Below, in pieces: positions 18,890 to 28,473 of a stretch of 64,000 bases of DNA (positions are counted from its first letter, which is position 1; each line of letters begins with the position of its first letter). Position numbers and translations under genes: made by a program. The DNA comes from Bdellovibrionales bacterium (lineage in GTDB: Bacteria; Bdellovibrionota; Bdellovibrionia; Bdellovibrionales; UBA1609). The stretch lies in contig JBFWON010000002.1 of NCBI GenBank assembly GCA_050250515.1, forward strand, positions 8,815-72,814, read 5' to 3'. The notes beneath the pieces are model-generated. The model was not told where the DNA came from. It did not search any database and was given only the letters and a program-made list of their open reading frames with translations.

Positions 18890-21340
18890 ATGAGCACGAC
18901 GGCACAAAGCGGTGGTCAAAAGCTACCCTTACTTCCTCTAAGAGATCTCATCATTTTTCCACATATGATGATGCCTTTGTTTGTCGGCCGCGAAAAGAGC
19001 ATCAACGCTCTGGAAGAGGCTATGAGCAAACAGACGGACATCGTGCTCGCGGCCCAAAGGGATGCGAAAACCAACAATCCAGAGCCCCGCGATATTTACA
19101 ACGTGGGTACGGTGGGTACGATCATCCAACTTCTGCGTTTGCCCGACGGTACTGTGAAGGTTTTGGTTGAGGGGAAGCGGCGAGTTCGCATCAAGGAATT
19201 CACGCAGACGGACGGCTTCTTCATGGTTGATTGTGAAGATATCCAAGAGGTGACAGCGAACGAGACTGAGGCCAAGGCTTTGGTTCGCTCGGTCAAATCG
19301 ACTTTTGAAACCTACGTAAAGCTCAATAAGCGAATCCCACCCGAAATTCTGATGCGGGTTTCGACCATCGATGACATCGGCGAATTGGCCGACATTATCG
19401 TGGCCCAGCTAAATCTGAAATTGGAAGACAAACAAAAAATCCTCGAGATCTTTGACCCGGGCCAACGCTTGGAAGAGCTGTTGAATCTTATGACCAGCGA
19501 AATTGAGATCCTCGAAGTGGAAAAGAAGATTCGCAATCGCGTGAAGAAGCAAATGGAGAAGTCGCAGAAAGAGTACTATTTGAATGAGCAGATGCAGGCC
19601 ATTCAAAAGGAACTCGGCGAAAAAGATGACTACCAGGCCGAACTGCAAGAGCTCGAGGAGCGTGCTTCTAAAAAGAAGTGGACGAAAGAAGCCGCTGATC
19701 GTGTTCGTAAGGAAATTAAGAAGCTTCGAATGATGTCGCCGATGAGCGCTGAAGCCACGGTTGTGCGCAACTATGTGGATTGGATGCTCGATCTGCCATG
19801 GCAAGATTACGCGGAAGAGAAACATGATATCGAAGGTGCCGAGAAGATTCTCGATGAAGATCACTGGGGTCTAGAAAAAGTAAAAGAGAGAATCCTTGAG
19901 CATTTGGCCGTGCAAGTGCTGACCGATAAGCTACGAGGACCCATCCTTTGTTTAGTGGGACCTCCCGGCGTTGGTAAGACCTCTCTCGCCCGCTCGGTGG
20001 CTCGGGCCTTGAATCGTCCCTTTACTCGAATCTCTTTGGGGGGAGTGCGAGATGAAGCTGAGATTCGCGGTCATCGAAAAACCTATGTGGGCGCGATGCC
20101 CGGTAAGATCATTCAATCATTGCGTAAGGTCGACAAAGGCAATCCGCTGATCCTGTTGGATGAAGTTGACAAGATGAGCATGGATTTTCGCGGTGACCCC
20201 TCGGCTGCACTGCTTGAGGTTTTGGATCCCGAGCAAAACAATACTTTTCAAGATCATTATCTAGAAGTCGACTACGACCTTTCGCCCATTTTGTTCTTCA
20301 CGACGGCGAACTCTTTACATCCGGTCCCACGTCCGTTGTTGGATCGGATGGAGATTATTCAGCTCGAAGGTTACACCGAGAGCGAGAAGTTCAACATTGC
20401 GAAGAAGTATCTGGTGCCTAAGCAGATTGAAATGCATGGATTGCAAGACCGAAAGGTCACGTTCAACGAGCCCGCGGTGAAGGAGATCATTCGGTCTTAC
20501 ACCCGCGAAGCCGGGGTGCGAAATCTCGAACGTCAGGTGGCCACTTGCTGTCGAAAGCTGGCAAAGGACATTGTGCGCGAAGAGATGAAGTTGAATCATA
20601 GTAAGAAGGGTGCCGCTAAATTGACGGGCGCTCACACCATCACTCCGAAAAAAGTGTTGGAGTACTTGGGGCCCAACAAATTTAAATTTGGTAAAATCGA
20701 AGGACAAAACGAAATCGGTTTGACCAATGGACTTGCGTGGACCGAGGTCGGCGGCGATTTGCTGGTGGTTGAGGTTTCAGTGGTTCCGGGTAAAGGCAAA
20801 TTCACGGTCACGGGCCAGTTGGGCGATGTGATGAAAGAGTCTTGTTCGGCGGCCATGAGCTACGTGCGCTCGCGCGGTCCCCTCTTTGGCATCGACAAAG
20901 AGTATTTTGCCAATACGGATGTTCACATTCACGTCCCAGAAGGCGCGATCCCGAAAGATGGACCGTCGGCGGGAATTGCCATTACCACCAGTATTGTTTC
21001 GGCGCTGATAAAGGTGCCGGTGAAGCGAACGGTGGCGATGACGGGCGAGGTCACCCTGCGCGGTCGCGTGCTGGCCATCGGCGGCTTAAAAGAAAAAGTC
21101 ATGGCGGCCCATCGTGGTGGCATCCGGACAGTGGTATGTCCTAAGGAAAATGAAAAAGATCTGAAAGACATCCCTAAGGAAGTCATCAAGGATCTAAAAG
21201 TCATCATGGTGGATCACGTGGACCAAGTTTTGGTGAATGCTTTGGATGTAAAGAACGCCAAGGAAGTCTTCAAAACCCGTGGGGAGCGAGGCTCCGGCCT
21301 CAAAGCCCAGTACACCGGCCACACCCAGCAAACCCATTAA
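18890..21340 (+). CDS. lon: ATP-dependent Lon protease
   Basis: LON N-domain, Walker [10 protein letters not shown] and catalytic-serine motif DGPSAGIA. Confidence 0.95.
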   Translation: MSTTAQSGGQKLPLLPLRDLIIFPHMMMPLFVGREKSINALEEAMSKQTDIVLAAQRDAKTNNPEPRDIYNVGTVGTIIQLLRLPDGTVKVLVEGKRRVRIKEFTQTDGFFMVDCEDIQEVTANETEAKALVRSVKSTFETYVKLNKRIPPEILMRVSTIDDIGELADIIVAQLNLKLEDKQKILEIFDPGQRLEELLNLMTSEIEILEVEKKIRNRVKKQMEKSQKEYYLNEQMQAIQKELGEKDDYQAELQELEERASKKKWTKEAADRVRKEIKKLRMMSPMSAEATVVRNYVDWMLDLPWQDYAEEKHDIEGAEKILDEDHWGLEKVKERILEHLAVQVLTDKLRGPILCLVGPPGVGKTSLARSVARALNRPFTRISLGGVRDEAEIRGHRKTYVGAMPGKIIQSLRKVDKGNPLILLDEVDKMSMDFRGDPSAALLEVLDPEQNNTFQDHYLEVDYDLSPILFFTTANSLHPVPRPLLDRMEIIQLEGYTESEKFNIAKKYLVPKQIEMHGLQDRKVTFNEPAVKEIIRSYTREAGVRNLERQVATCCRKLAKDIVREEMKLNHSKKGAAKLTGAHTITPKKVLEYLGPNKFKFGKIEGQNEIGLTNGLAWTEVGGDLLVVEVSVVPGKGKFTVTGQLGDVMKESCSAAMSYVRSRGPLFGIDKEYFANTDVHIHVPEGAIPKDGPSAGIAITTSIVSALIKVPVKRTVAMTGEVTLRGRVLAIGGLKEKVMAAHRGGIRTVVCPKENEKDLKDIPKEVIKDLKVIMVDHVDQVLVNALDVKNAKEVFKTRGERGSGLKAQYTGHTQQTH

Positions 21341-21342
21341 AA

Positions 21343-21410
21343 GGTTCGGACTACTTTTTGGGCCGTCGGCGCGTCTAACGCGTCGACGCGCGGAAAAGTA
21401 GTCGGTCCGA
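21343..21410. repeat. REP-like palindromic element, copy A (imperfect); probable lon terminator
   Basis: GGTTCGGACTACTTTTTGGGCCGTCGGCGCG-TCTAA-CGCGTCGACGCGCGGAAAAGTAGTCGGTCCGAA. The left arm differs from copy B at 22564 at only one position. The right arm is degenerate. Confidence 0.8.
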
Positions 21411-21499
21411 AAAGCGAACAGCTGCTTAGATAATATCGAATGTTCAGTGTCTCCTCACGATGGTATGTGGGAACCAATACTATTACCTCTAGGAGCACC

Positions 21500-21871
21500 A
21501 TGATTCCTTACTCGGTTTACAAGATCGTACATCTCGTCGGAATATTAATGGTCTTCACGGCTCTGGGTGGACTGATCGCCAATGCCATCGGACAGCAGGC
21601 GAAAACGCACGCATGGCGCAAGCCCATTGCGATCACTCATGGGGTGGGTTTGCTGCTCGCGCTCGTCGGCGGATTTGGACTGCTCGCCCGATTGGGAGTG
21701 GCTCACAATGGATTGCCAGGATGGATTTACGCCAAGCTTGGTATTTGGCTAGTATTTGGAGCCTTACTCGGCGTTGTCGCGCGCAAACCCGAGATGGCCA
21801 AAGGCATTTGGGTGGTCATCGTCTTACTAGGTGGATTGGCGGCCTACTTGGCGGGAAGTAAGCCGTTTTAG
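21500..21871 (+). CDS. small integral membrane protein (about 4 TM)
   Basis: ATG at 21500 is preceded by AGGAG. Hydrophobic helices throughout. Confidence 0.5.
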   Translation: MIPYSVYKIVHLVGILMVFTALGGLIANAIGQQAKTHAWRKPIAITHGVGLLLALVGGFGLLARLGVAHNGLPGWIYAKLGIWLVFGALLGVVARKPEMAKGIWVVIVLLGGLAAYLAGSKPF

Positions 21872-21881
21872 ATCCGACAGA

Positions 21882-22505
21882 TTATCGAGCGACAGGAGCT
21901 TCGCTTTGATGCGGGAGTGCCATATAGAATCCCTGGCTCGAAGGGGCTGTGACCGCGGCTGTAGGGCTTGCCTTTGGTGGCGTGAAGTTCCCGCATTTCG
22001 AGCAGGGTCGGCCATTTCCATTGCCGGGATCTTGATGGGTTCTTCCAATTTTCGTCGTTATAATTCCTCGAATGCCACCCACTCCGAAGCAAAGATCGCC
22101 TCGATAGGAACTTGAAGTCAGGTAGACGCTTACGTTCGTGCCCAAAGGGTTGACGCGAATTCCAGCCCCGACGGAACGTCGAGCGAAGTGTCGGGAGCCA
22201 ATTTCCACTTGTCCAAGGCCGGTCAAAAGTTCATCAAAGGCGAATCCCACTCCCACAGCCGATAGTTTGACCTTGGATTCACAAAGGCCCAAGTTGGGTC
22301 CGGCGCCTAAGGTGATATACTCGAACCGGGTCAGATACTTGTTTCCGACGGCGTCCCAGCAGCGGGAGAGTCCTTTGCCACCGCCGCCTTCTAACCCAAT
22401 AGCTCCGGAGGTTCCGTGAAAAACGAGCTCGCACCGGGTGAGTAGGGCGTGTGCATTCATAGACATTGTGACCAGAATCGGCAGTGCTACCGCACTTAAA
22501 ATCAT
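21882..22505 (-). CDS. secreted Gly-rich hypothetical protein
   Basis: Internal ATG at 22505 gives the signal peptide MILSAVALPILVTMSMNAHA. No family recognised. Confidence 0.4.
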   Translation of the reverse strand: MILSAVALPILVTMSMNAHALLTRCELVFHGTSGAIGLEGGGGKGLSRCWDAVGNKYLTRFEYITLGAGPNLGLCESKVKLSAVGVGFAFDELLTGLGQVEIGSRHFARRSVGAGIRVNPLGTNVSVYLTSSSYRGDLCFGVGGIRGIITTKIGRTHQDPGNGNGRPCSKCGNFTPPKASPTAAVTAPSSQGFYMALPHQSEAPVAR

Positions 22506-22563
22506 TTTCAACGCTAAACTCCCAGAATGAGGTGGATTAGAGCACTTTCTGCGCCACAATCTG

Positions 22564-22630
22564 GGTTCGGACTACTTTTTGGGCCGTCGGTGCGTCTAAC
22601 GCACCGACGGCCCAAAAAGTAGTCCGAACC
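22564..22630. repeat. REP-like palindromic element, copy B (perfect 31-bp stem, 5-nt loop)
   Basis: GGTTCGGACTACTTTTTGGGCCGTCGGTGCG-TCTAA-CGCACCGACGGCCCAAAAAGTAGTCCGAACC. It abuts the stop codon of the GNAT gene. Confidence 0.9.
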
Positions 22631-23220
22631 TAGAGAGAGCGGCCCATAAACAGAAGTGAGTGGCCTTGCCACTCGCGGGTCAAGTTGTAGGTGAATCCGT
22701 TTTTTAAATAGAATCCCACGTTGCGCTGGTTGGGGGAGGTAATAAGGTGCACACCCGAAACTCCCAACGGGCGAAGTCTTTCCACCAATTCATCGATCAG
22801 CGTTGTGCCAATTCCCTTCCCGCGACTGCGGGGGTGAAGGTTGACGTGAAGATGGGCCGGGTAGGCGGCGAATTGATCGGCGAAAAGTTCGTAACTTTTG
22901 ATTCGTTCGCGGTAAAAGGAGCGAGCCTGGTCGCTGCTCGGGCAGGCCATGAGATAGCCCAAAAATTCGCCCCCTTCGTTGCGGGCGACCAATATGAGAT
23001 CGCGATGATTGGCAAAATAGTGGTCTGTCCACTTGGCGTAGAAAGCCGCCCGTTCCTCTTCGCTCCGATCCACCCAGCGCGAATCCGCGGACAAGAAGAA
23101 GACTTCCCGTATTTGGGATTGTGTCGTTTCCGAGCCATCTTCTGCAAAAGTAACGATATTCATTATGATCAGTATGCCCAGCGCTCTGCGACATTTCAAT
23201 TTCAGAACGGAACCGACCAT
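22630..23220 (-). CDS. GNAT-family N-acetyltransferase
   Basis: Acetyl-CoA motif HPRSRGKGIGTTLIDELV. The true start may be the internal MNIVTF at 23163. Confidence 0.75.
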   Translation of the reverse strand: MVGSVLKLKCRRALGILIIMNIVTFAEDGSETTQSQIREVFFLSADSRWVDRSEEERAAFYAKWTDHYFANHRDLILVARNEGGEFLGYLMACPSSDQARSFYRERIKSYELFADQFAAYPAHLHVNLHPRSRGKGIGTTLIDELVERLRPLGVSGVHLITSPNQRNVGFYLKNGFTYNLTREWQGHSLLFMGRSL

Positions 23221-23282
23221 GTAATTACCACAACGCGGGCCTTCCTTGTGGATTCCCTTGTGGACGCGTTTCGGCTTGGAAT

Positions 23283-24428
23283 ATGACTTTATTACAGGGG
23301 GGACTCTTGGAAAACAAGGCCATCGAGGCCAAGCGATCCGCCGATGAGTTCTTTGAGTTAGGGAAACTAAAGGGAGAGTTGGGGGATTTTCAGACCTCCA
23401 TCCAAAGACTCGAACAGGCGGCTAAAATTTATGCAGACTTGAAGGAGCATCGCCCCTTCATCAAGTGTTTGACACTTTGCCTACGTATGTTCGCTGAACG
23501 CGAGGACATGCAGGGGATTGAATCGATCAAAGATCGTCTGTATGAATATGTCTCGCGAGAAAAAATCGATCTCAATTCTACGACCTATTACACCCTGGCG
23601 CTGGTGAACTCTTACCGTGGTGAATATAGCCAGGCTCTTGAACATCTCGAGCAGGCTTTGGCGCTGGCCCTGAAAGAAGATTCGAAAGAGGATATGTGCT
23701 ACGCCATTCATGGTTTGGCCGCCGTTTATTGGTCATTGGGTCGAACAGAAGATGCTCTTAAGGAGATCTACAACCTTCGTGTTTTCTTTCAAGTACTCAA
23801 ATTGCCAGATCTCGAAGTCTCCTCGCAAATTTTGAATGGTTATATTTTGGTCAGCATGCGCCGGTATGAAGATGCGATCGATGTCTTTTGGAAGGCCTTT
23901 GAGGCCCTGAAGAACCAAAAAAATCTTTATACTTATGTCAGCTTATTGTTGGCGATGGGTTACGCCTATGTCGAATCCGGACAAGGCGATATTGCGAAGA
24001 CCTATGTTCGGTTGGCTCAGCAGATGGCCGATCCTAATAACTTTGTCTTTTTGTCGCGCAAGATTCAGGAAGTCAGTCGAAAAATTTCGGGTAAGCCAGA
24101 AAGTCTCTTCGACCTTGTGCTGAGTGCGGGCTCGAATTCCGTTATCGAGCGCAAAAAGGGAAGAATCGATTTCAAAAATCAGTTTATTCTTTTGGATATG
24201 TTAAAACTTTTCTTACGAAATCCTGGCGAGGTTTATTCTAAGGAAGCCTTGGTTCGCTCTGTTTGGAAGCAAGACTACGATCCGGCTGTTCATGACAATA
24301 AGATTTACGTGACCATCAAGCGACTGCGACAGCTAATCGAACCCGATTTTGACAAGCCAAAATATATTTACCGGGCCAAAAATGGCTATTACCTGAATCG
24401 AAACATCAAAGTTTCGATTGAGCAGTGA
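23283..24428 (+). CDS. TPR-repeat protein with a C-terminal OmpR/PhoB-type winged-helix DNA-binding domain
   Basis: TPR-like N-terminal 250 aa. C-terminal YSKEALVRSVWKQDYDPAVHDNKIYVTIKRLRQLIEP. Confidence 0.7.
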   Translation: MTLLQGGLLENKAIEAKRSADEFFELGKLKGELGDFQTSIQRLEQAAKIYADLKEHRPFIKCLTLCLRMFAEREDMQGIESIKDRLYEYVSREKIDLNSTTYYTLALVNSYRGEYSQALEHLEQALALALKEDSKEDMCYAIHGLAAVYWSLGRTEDALKEIYNLRVFFQVLKLPDLEVSSQILNGYILVSMRRYEDAIDVFWKAFEALKNQKNLYTYVSLLLAMGYAYVESGQGDIAKTYVRLAQQMADPNNFVFLSRKIQEVSRKISGKPESLFDLVLSAGSNSVIERKKGRIDFKNQFILLDMLKLFLRNPGEVYSKEALVRSVWKQDYDPAVHDNKIYVTIKRLRQLIEPDFDKPKYIYRAKNGYYLNRNIKVSIEQ

Positions 24429-24447
24429 TTTGGGGAATGAGGGATTT

Positions 24448-24942
24448 ATGGGATTAGGAAAAACGTTATTACTTTCGATCTTGCTGACGGCAAGCAGCGC
24501 CTTCGCAGGAATACACCAAACCAGTGATGGCATGCCGGCCCCCTGGCCGTTTCCGTGGGCTAAGGAATGTCCAATCAATTGGAAGTCGCTTGAGGGAAGT
24601 TATATTCTGGCCGAGTCCCATAATTTTATTGAAATCGAAATTCAGGTGAAGAAGACCTTCCACGGTCTACGCTTAGTGAGAATGTCGAGATATGACGATG
24701 CTGGCCGCTTGCTGTCCTATGGATCGACATATGTGGGAAGTCACAATTCGGCGTTGAGAGTCGAGCTTCATCCGATGATCACTTCGGAAAATAGAATTCG
24801 TGCCACCCTGAAGTTCCACTTTTCTAGCGACTTGGGTCCATTCTGCTACGAATGGAATCTGGTGCCGATTTTGACTATGGAATCCTTTGGCTCCACGGTT
24901 GAAAAGAATGATTACCGCCTACTGCGACTTCAATCGCAGTAG
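24448..24942 (+). CDS. secreted hypothetical protein
   Basis: ATG at 24448 gives the signal peptide MGLGKTLLLSILLTASSAFAG. Confidence 0.4.
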   Translation: MGLGKTLLLSILLTASSAFAGIHQTSDGMPAPWPFPWAKECPINWKSLEGSYILAESHNFIEIEIQVKKTFHGLRLVRMSRYDDAGRLLSYGSTYVGSHNSALRVELHPMITSENRIRATLKFHFSSDLGPFCYEWNLVPILTMESFGSTVEKNDYRLLRLQSQ

Positions 24943-25039
24943 AGGAGAACGATAAAAGGCAGTTATTTCAATATTTTACCATCTGCTTGTCGACCTGAAT
25001 AAGGAGTGGTAGGTTGGCTCCTCGTTATTTTAAGGCGAT

Positions 25040-25081
25040 AGGGAATTAGCTCAGTTGGTAGAGCGCCACCCTTACAAGGTG
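25040..25081 (+). pseudogene. 5' fragment (positions 1-42) of a split tRNA-Val(UAC); island left junction
   Basis: AGGGAAT-TA-GCTC-AGTTGGTA-GAGC-G-CCACC-CTTACAA-GGTG, after which tRNA similarity stops. Confidence 0.8.
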
Positions 25082-25216
25082 TCGCGGAAATGAATTTAGA
25101 AAAGTTCGACGACGCCAAGTTGTTGAAGTGAATTAGGAAATGAAAACAGTGATTTTTGAAAATGGTAAAAACATTTTAAGAAAAGGTAAAAAGGTAGGAA
25201 TACGTTTTATCGCAAT

Positions 25217-25292
25217 AGGGGGTTAGCTCAGTTGGTAGAGCGCCACCCTTACAAGGTGGATGTCGCAGGTTCGAGCCCTGTACCCCCTACCA
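25217..25292 (+). tRNA. tRNA-Val (anticodon UAC), intact and island-borne
   Basis: 76-nt cloverleaf folded by hand: acceptor AGGGGGT/ACCCCCT, D stem GCTC/GAGC, anticodon stem CCACC/GGTGG with loop CTTACAA, T stem GCAGG/CCTGT with loop TTCGAGC, and an encoded ACCA end. Confidence 0.9.
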
Positions 25293-25335
25293 AATTATTG
25301 AAATCACTGAGAGAATCGAAATTGAAAAAATCAAA

Positions 25336-25582
25336 AATGGTAAAAACAGTTGGTAAGATGGGTAAAGTCTTAGGATTGACGAAAAATAACGATCAGTACG
25401 AAGACGTGCCTGACGAATTGAAGTGGGCAATTCCACTCCATGAACACCTGACAAGCTCTGAAACACAAAAATGGTTTGATGAACGCAAAGCTCAGTCTGA
25501 GCAGCGTGTGCAGTTTGAGATGACTACTCGGCAGCGAGAGGCATCGAAAAAACGTCTAAAAATTCTGGCGCGTACTTTCTAA
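25336..25582 (+). CDS. possible small protein (81 aa), doubtful
   Basis: This is the internal-ATG portion of track ORF 25232..25582. The first third of that ORF is the tRNA. Its 3' end overlaps the integrase 3' end, and its 5' end coincides with the GGTAA repeats. Confidence 0.2.
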
Positions 25583-26819
25583 TATAACCCTGAGTCGTTC
25601 TGTAATCCTCATGGAGGCAGCACCTCTGCAAGAATGTGGGATTGCCTTTGTACATCTTTGCCAAATGAATCGCGCCGATTGTCGCGTAGGAATGTCGCCA
25701 ATCCAACGGTGTCAGATATTTGAATCCACACTCTTTTGCGATTCGCTTCCAGGTCTTGGCAATCTGTCCTGGCAGGTTCGGATACAAACGGTCTTTGGGG
25801 TTCAAGTGCGCCTTTAGATAGCGTGCCACTTCAGTAATGATTTCCACCGAAGGTTGTACCATAGGCACCATTATTGGCTTACCTGTTGAGGTCTTAGTTG
25901 CATCCTTCTGAGTGATAAAACCTTTTCGACCACGGCTTTGACCGCTGATTATGTTATCCCTAACGAGAAAATATGGTGTCTGTGCATCAGGAAAAAGATT
26001 TTCGGCTTTCATGCCAGCGAAGTTTCCACGGCGTAGACCAGTGATGACGCCAAAATACAGCCCGTAGGCTATGAGTTTCATCTTCGGGTTTTCTTTGTAG
26101 ATCCTGTCGATTTTTATTTTTTGATCTTCGATTTGTGCGAGCGTATAGACTTCTTCCGAACGTGAATTTTCGCTGTAATCGCGCTTTTGCTGCTCAAGCG
26201 TCAACGTCACCCAAATTTTGAACTGGTCATCTTTTGCAATGTAGTCGTACTTTTCGCAGAAAAACATAAACTGATTTATCGTGCGACAGAGAACATTGTA
26301 ACTATTGTGAGAATACTTTTCGCCGTTCCTTTTCTTCGCGGTTTTAACGTGTAACTCAGCCTTGTTTCTGAACTGTTTGAACTGCTTTGGATGGGTACAG
26401 CCCAATGAAAGGAACCACGGAAGCCAAAAGTTTCTCATGCAGTTGTGGTAGACAACGGGAATAGCAGTATCGTCTTTGAACGCTTTGAATTCTTCAAGGA
26501 CTGGTCCAAAATCAAAGTCTTTGGATTTAAGTTCAATTTTTTCCATCGCACGATAAGATGCCAGCGCGAATTGCGAACTCAGTTCTTGTTCAAGTCGATG
26601 TTTTAGTTTTTTGAATTCTGAATTTTGTTCGGCCTGCTCCTTGTGGAGTTTTTTTTCTTTGAGCAGATTATTGATTGCTTTCAAAGTTGGATGAACTTTG
26701 GCAGATATGGGAAGAGGATTGTCTTTACCCTTGGAGATAAAGGCGCGGAAGGCGTCACAGGTTTTGCCTGTTCTCCATGTAAAATACAGTCCTTCAAATG
26801 GTGAGCTACCCTTTGCCAT
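25524..26819 (-). CDS. tyrosine integrase (phage-integrase family)
   Basis: Box I GLRRGNFAGM, box II DWRHSYAT and catalytic Tyr region TTQGYIRKY. It sits adjacent to the tRNA. Confidence 0.9.
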   Translation of the reverse strand: MAKGSSPFEGLYFTWRTGKTCDAFRAFISKGKDNPLPISAKVHPTLKAINNLLKEKKLHKEQAEQNSEFKKLKHRLEQELSSQFALASYRAMEKIELKSKDFDFGPVLEEFKAFKDDTAIPVVYHNCMRNFWLPWFLSLGCTHPKQFKQFRNKAELHVKTAKKRNGEKYSHNSYNVLCRTINQFMFFCEKYDYIAKDDQFKIWVTLTLEQQKRDYSENSRSEEVYTLAQIEDQKIKIDRIYKENPKMKLIAYGLYFGVITGLRRGNFAGMKAENLFPDAQTPYFLVRDNIISGQSRGRKGFITQKDATKTSTGKPIMVPMVQPSVEIITEVARYLKAHLNPKDRLYPNLPGQIAKTWKRIAKECGFKYLTPLDWRHSYATIGAIHLAKMYKGNPTFLQRCCLHEDYRTTQGYIRKYAPEFLDVFSMPLAAE

Positions 26820-26836
26820 AGTTGTTCACCACAAGT

Positions 26837-27394
26837 TTAGTGGCTCAAACCCCTTCTTTTCATTTTTCGTCTTGCGGCTCTATTTGGCTGTAAATGAGCG
26901 GAGATGAATCCCATGCTTTGAATAACTTCCGTAAAATCAACTCTTGAATAGTCTGGCTTATTGAGAGGTTCGCCCGTTTCCAGATCATAAGTTATAAACT
27001 TACGGAATTGAGCATTGTGCTTGGCAAGAGACTCTTTGGCGACTGTAAGTGCCAACTGAGTTGCAGAAATTAAGGTTTCAATGTGAGGGCCGTCAGTATT
27101 GGCAGAGCCAAGTTGCAAGGTGCGCAGAGTTTCTAAATGTTCATGTGCTCGTCTGACCCGTGCGCTGCTTCGTGTGCCGCCAACCGATGAAAGATCACGA
27201 CGACATTCAATTGAAAGGAAATCAGTTTCCTCGATTAGCCTTTGCCATTCGTGGGCAGACAAATTTTCTCTATTTCTAAAGTGGTGAAAGGGGTAAGGCC
27301 CTGGCACTGAAGGCAGGGCGATTTCGCCAGCGTCCAATTTCTCTAACAACTCTCCGACCGTTAATTTCAAGACCTTAGTCTTTTCGTTTGCCAT
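26837..27394 (-). CDS. hypothetical protein in the repressor position
   Basis: 185 aa, divergent from the 27530 gene across an AT-rich repeat-containing region. No HTH recognised by eye. Confidence 0.45.
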   Translation of the reverse strand: MANEKTKVLKLTVGELLEKLDAGEIALPSVPGPYPFHHFRNRENLSAHEWQRLIEETDFLSIECRRDLSSVGGTRSSARVRRAHEHLETLRTLQLGSANTDGPHIETLISATQLALTVAKESLAKHNAQFRKFITYDLETGEPLNKPDYSRVDFTEVIQSMGFISAHLQPNRAARRKMKRRGLSH

Positions 27395-27529
27395 TTTTGA
27401 TCCTCATTTATTTACGCTTCGCAGCATTTACATATATTAACTTGTATTTACTATGCTAATATAGCACTACTGCGCGTTATTTACAATAATAAACTTGCAT
27501 TAACTATATATTATGGTTAAGGTACGGAT
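27395..27529. promoter_or_regulatory. AT-rich divergent promoter/operator region
   Basis: Four ATTTAC motifs. Two copies of AACTTG(T/C)ATT(T/A)ACTAT at 27439-27454 and 27492-27507. Confidence 0.45.
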
Positions 27530-27997
27530 ATGGCTGATGAAACCAAAAAAAGGGCAGGCAGAAAACAGGGCTACCCAATCACTAAGCAGCAGTTTGATGA
27601 CCTAATGGCCGCTCTTGGCGGCACCCATGAGGAAGTCGCTCGTTTGTGTGGCAAAACCCTTGGACCGCAGGCAGTTTCGTGGTGGAGGCAATCAGAGCGG
27701 ATTCCTTTTGCCCATCTAAACCGCTTGGCCTCAGAGTTGGTTCGCCAACTGCAAAGTCGTGAGCCGACCGAGATTGATAAAAGAGCACTTCAATACTTGA
27801 AGACAGCTAAAGCCCTGATGGATGCGACTGGTACTGCCGTAAGCGATCCACGGTCAGCAATTCAATTCCAACCCGAAATACAGCGCCATTCTTTAGGCGT
27901 CTCCCTAGAAGGCTTCAAATTGGAGGAGCTTGTGCAGGAGATTGAAAAACGTGGCTGGGATGTGAACTTGTCACTCCGAAAAATCGAAGGTCGCTAG
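27530..27997 (+). CDS. Cro/YdaS-like HTH protein (putative)
   Basis: The N-terminal MAALGGTHEEVARLCGKTLGPQAVSWWRQSERIP resembles the Cro/YdaS-type HTH. Confidence 0.45.
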   Translation: MADETKKRAGRKQGYPITKQQFDDLMAALGGTHEEVARLCGKTLGPQAVSWWRQSERIPFAHLNRLASELVRQLQSREPTEIDKRALQYLKTAKALMDATGTAVSDPRSAIQFQPEIQRHSLGVSLEGFKLEELVQEIEKRGWDVNLSLRKIEGR

Positions 27998-28182
27998 ACT
28001 TCAACTCTGACTGTTGGAAGCTCCCAGAAACGACAAAAATCAAAATTATTTTTTCACTCAATTTTGACAAGCAAAATTAAATAGTTACAAGCGAGCAAGT
28101 TTCGGGCGAAGCGCAAATAGCGTGTGATCTCTACGATATAAGTAAGGCGTGCAAGACAACCTTTACTTGTAAGGAGATAAAC

Positions 28183-28473
28183 ATGGCAGCACGCAATTTA
28201 ATTTCAAAGGCGGAAAAAGAAGCCGCAATTTTAGCTTTTATCCAGGCCAATGGGCTTGAGGTTGGCCTGACACAGGTTTGGCTAGATGACCTATATCCAC
28301 TATTTCTAAAGTGGCTGGAGATCAATAAATACGATTTTGCGCCAACCAAACGCAGGTTCGCGCAAACGCTGAATACGCGATTTAGAAGCGCCCACGCTTC
28401 AATTACGGAGGACGGAAAGCACACGTCAAAAAAAGTCTATTACCTGAGTAAACCAGTCGGGAATGGGGGGTAA
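28183..28473 (+). CDS. hypothetical protein
   Basis: 96-aa ORF preceded by AAGGAG. Confidence 0.45.
   Translation: MAARNLISKAEKEAAILAFIQANGLEVGLTQVWLDDLYPLFLKWLEINKYDFAPTKRRFAQTLNTRFRSAHASITEDGKHTSKKVYYLSKPVGNGG

Noticed and set aside
22747-23286. 179-aa plus-strand ORF, and two minus-strand alternative-frame ORFs, over the GNAT gene
   Set aside because: The GNAT frame carries the acetyl-CoA-binding motif. The others are shadow ORFs.
25232-25582. 116-aa track ORF starting inside the tRNA
   Set aside because: Its first ~20 codons are the tRNA-Val gene itself. Only the internal-ATG remainder (25336-25582) is kept, and at low confidence.
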